Source of the DNA: Chara braunii
Taxonomy: Eukaryota > Plantae > Charophyceae
NCBI GenBank assembly: GCA_003427395.1
Contig: BFEA01000015.1
Span: forward strand, 4,594,501 to 4,658,500
Direction of reading: 5' to 3'
Length of the DNA: 64,000 bases
Part shown: positions 61,750-64,000 of the stretch, one piece after another
How positions within the stretch are numbered: position 1 is the first letter of the stretch
Layout of the letters: each line of letters begins with the position of its first letter
Position numbers and translations under genes: made by a program
The notes under the pieces: generated by a model
Databases searched by the model: none
Told to the model about the DNA's origin: nothing
The model's input: only the letters and a program-made list of their open reading frames with translations

Positions 61750-62466
61750 CAGGGTCATCAGCTCGTACGTACGGAGGTCCCCGGGCAGACCTCCGTACGT
61801 ACGGGCGTTCGGGGTCCCGTACGGGGTCCGAACTTGACGGCGTTTGGCCACCGCCAAAAATTATTTCGGGGCCTAAAAATAACTTTTTTTTCTGAATATT
61901 TTTTTGTGATTTATTTATGATATGAGGTACATGCCTATACATTTTCAAGTCATTTGGCTGAGGCAGATAAGAATTAAGAATTGCCACAGATGGCGGTCTC
62001 AAAACGTGCTCGCCCATGTTTTAGTTCACTTTTTACTTTTTGTTTTCACTTTAGTTCAGGGTCTAAACAATTTTATTATTTTTTAAAACCTTTTTAGCGG
62101 TTTTTGCATTATGTGAAGTACACATCTGTAAATTTTCAGGGCATTTAGGTCTGCCCCAAAAAAATGAAAAATCTCCAAAGATGGCGGTATCGAAAACGTG
62201 CTCGCTCACTCGCTAAATTCAATTTTTTTTTATTTTTTTTTATTTTTATTCTTGATATTTGTTTTTCATATTTTATTTTTATTTTAAATTTAATACGGAA
62301 TTTGGATGTAATGCTCAGACAAATCTTGCTTAATTTATTTTTCTTCATAACATATCTGTTTTTTAGATTTGTTTGATTTTTTATTTTTTATTTATTTTTT
62401 TGTCCGCGTCCGGCCCGAACGACCGAACGCATTCCCAAGGGGTCCCATACGTTCGGGGGTTCGGCC
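61750..62466. mobile_element. hAT-like MITE, family of 53809-54597, right TIR lost
   Basis: Starts CAGGGTCATCAG.CGTACGTACGGAGG and stays colinear with 53809 onward. Confidence 0.85.
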
Positions 62467-62518
62467 TATATATATATATATCCTCACAAACAGAACTACC
62501 CGGTAAAACCGTAGGCAG

Positions 62519-63767
62519 AGAGGTTACCGGCGTTCGGGAGGGGTCGAACGCCCGAACCCGAACGCCCGAACGTACGGGACCCCTTCGGCAGGCGTTCGGC
62601 CGTTCGGGCTGAACGCGGACCAAAAAAAAAAAACAAAAAAAAAAACGAAGTTTTCAAAACATTCCCAAAAAAAACTATGTTATGGAGAAAAATAAACTAA
62701 ATAACATTTGCCTCGGCACTACATCCAAATTCTTTACCAAATATGAATTAAAAATCCAATACAAAAAATGAACCTAGGTTACCGGGCCGGACGTCCAGGA
62801 CCCCCCTGACTGTCCGGGATGTCCGACCGGACGTCTGGTCGAACGTCGGACCGGACAGAGCATGTCCGACCTAGCGCAAAAAAAAAAAAAAAAAAAAAAA
62901 AAAATGAAAAAAATCATGTGGCTTCCACCTTGCATTTGGTGTATGCCACCAAATTTTTGGATTATTTGGGCCAGTAGAATAAATAATAAAAATGTTTAAA
63001 GATTCATTCCCCATCTCCCCTCCTATCCCCACCAAAACCCCTTCTACCCCCCCCTCCCCCCCCAAATACCACCCTATCAGCAAATGCTCAGAAAAATCTG
63101 AAATTTTTTGTGGGGGGTGTCTAGGCCATGCGCAACACTGTCATAATTTTATTTTATTTTTTTATTTTTTTTTGTCAAAAAGGCGTCGTCCGGAAATCCG
63201 GACGACGGGGTGGGGAGACGTCCGGGGGAGACATCCGGTCTCCGGACCATTGGTAACCTAAAAATAAACATTATGATAAAAATAAGAAAAAATAAAAAGA
63301 GAAATAAAATGAGTGAGTGTGCCAGCACCTTTTCGACACCGTCATCTTTGCCGATTTTTTATTATTTTTTGGCATTGACAAATGCCCTGAAAAGTTACAG
63401 ATATGTAGTTTACATAATCAATAACTCATTATTTTTTTTTTCAAAAAATAAGAAAATTTTTTAGGCCCCGAAATAAAGTGGAAACAAAAAGTTAAAAGTG
63501 AAAAAAAACAAAATAGTGAGTGGGCGAGCACGTTTTGACACCCCCATCTTTGACGATTGTTAATGTTTTTTAGGCTTAGCGAAATGACTTCAAAATTTAT
63601 AGGCGTGTAGGTGACATAATAGAGAACTCACAAAAAAAATGCAGAAAAAAAAACTTATAATTAGGCCCCGAAATATTTTTTGGCGGGGGCCGAACCTGGA
63701 GGTGTTCGACCCCCGAACGTTCGGAGGCCAGCCCGGGGGTCCTCGAACGTTCGGTCAGGTAACGCTG
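62519..63767. mobile_element. Related MITE in inverted orientation, with a nested MITE
   Basis: AGGTTACCGGCGTTCGG...GGTAACGCTG; reverse-complement similarity to 53809-54597. Confidence 0.78.
62774..63261. mobile_element. Nested hAT-like MITE
   Basis: TIR TAGGTTACC/GGTAACCTA; TSD AAATGAAC/AAATAAAC; GTCCGG/CCGGAC repeats. Confidence 0.8.
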
Positions 63768-63850
63768 TATATATATATCGTCACAAACAGAACTGCCCGG
63801 TAAAACCGTAGGCAGAGAGAGAGAAGAGGACAACAAACGAGGGGCTGTGA

Positions 63851-63908
63851 CAAGCTGTTTCGTCGAAGTTTCACCGACTCATCAGGAGGCTGAACCCTCA
63901 ACAGTTTG
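63851..63908 (-). ncRNA. Type III hammerhead ribozyme with intact core
   Basis: CAAACUGU-U-GAGG(GUUCAG)CCUC-CUGAUGA-GUCG(GUGAAACUU)CGAC-GAAACAGCUUG; predicted GUU cleavage between 63900 and 63899. Confidence 0.88.
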
Positions 63909-64000
63909 CAGAATCCCCTCACTGATTACACTGTAAATGATAATCTACCTTAACCAAAATCAAAGTAGACTATCACTCACCCACACCAGATGGAAAACTC

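Overview
Eukaryotic, repeat-saturated, apparently gene-free window with five N gaps; element types suggest a green-lineage genome, plausibly a charophyte such as Chara (inference). No intact host gene was found. Main contents: (1) a complete but decayed chromodomain Ty3/gypsy element (5709-16493, minus; ~360-bp LTRs, GCCAC TSD, tRNA-iMet PBS) with two nested MITEs; (2) a decayed Penelope-like element with N-terminal GIY-YIG + RT (Naiad/Chlamys domain order), an upstream Pro-rich ORF and a degenerate hammerhead, sandwiched by a 2.25-kb direct duplication; (3) three diverged copies of a non-coding, probably giant (~6 kb) LTR family holding covarying stem-loop domains and two hairpin arrays, one with a fixed ~20-nt loop on variable stems; (4) a ~4.2-kb mirror structure whose arms carry 28S rRNA fragments and outward-facing TATA boxes; (5) many hAT- and MULE-like MITEs; (6) a hammerhead cluster at 60.4-63.9 kb, including one type III ribozyme with an intact core. 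All alignments and folds were done by eye.
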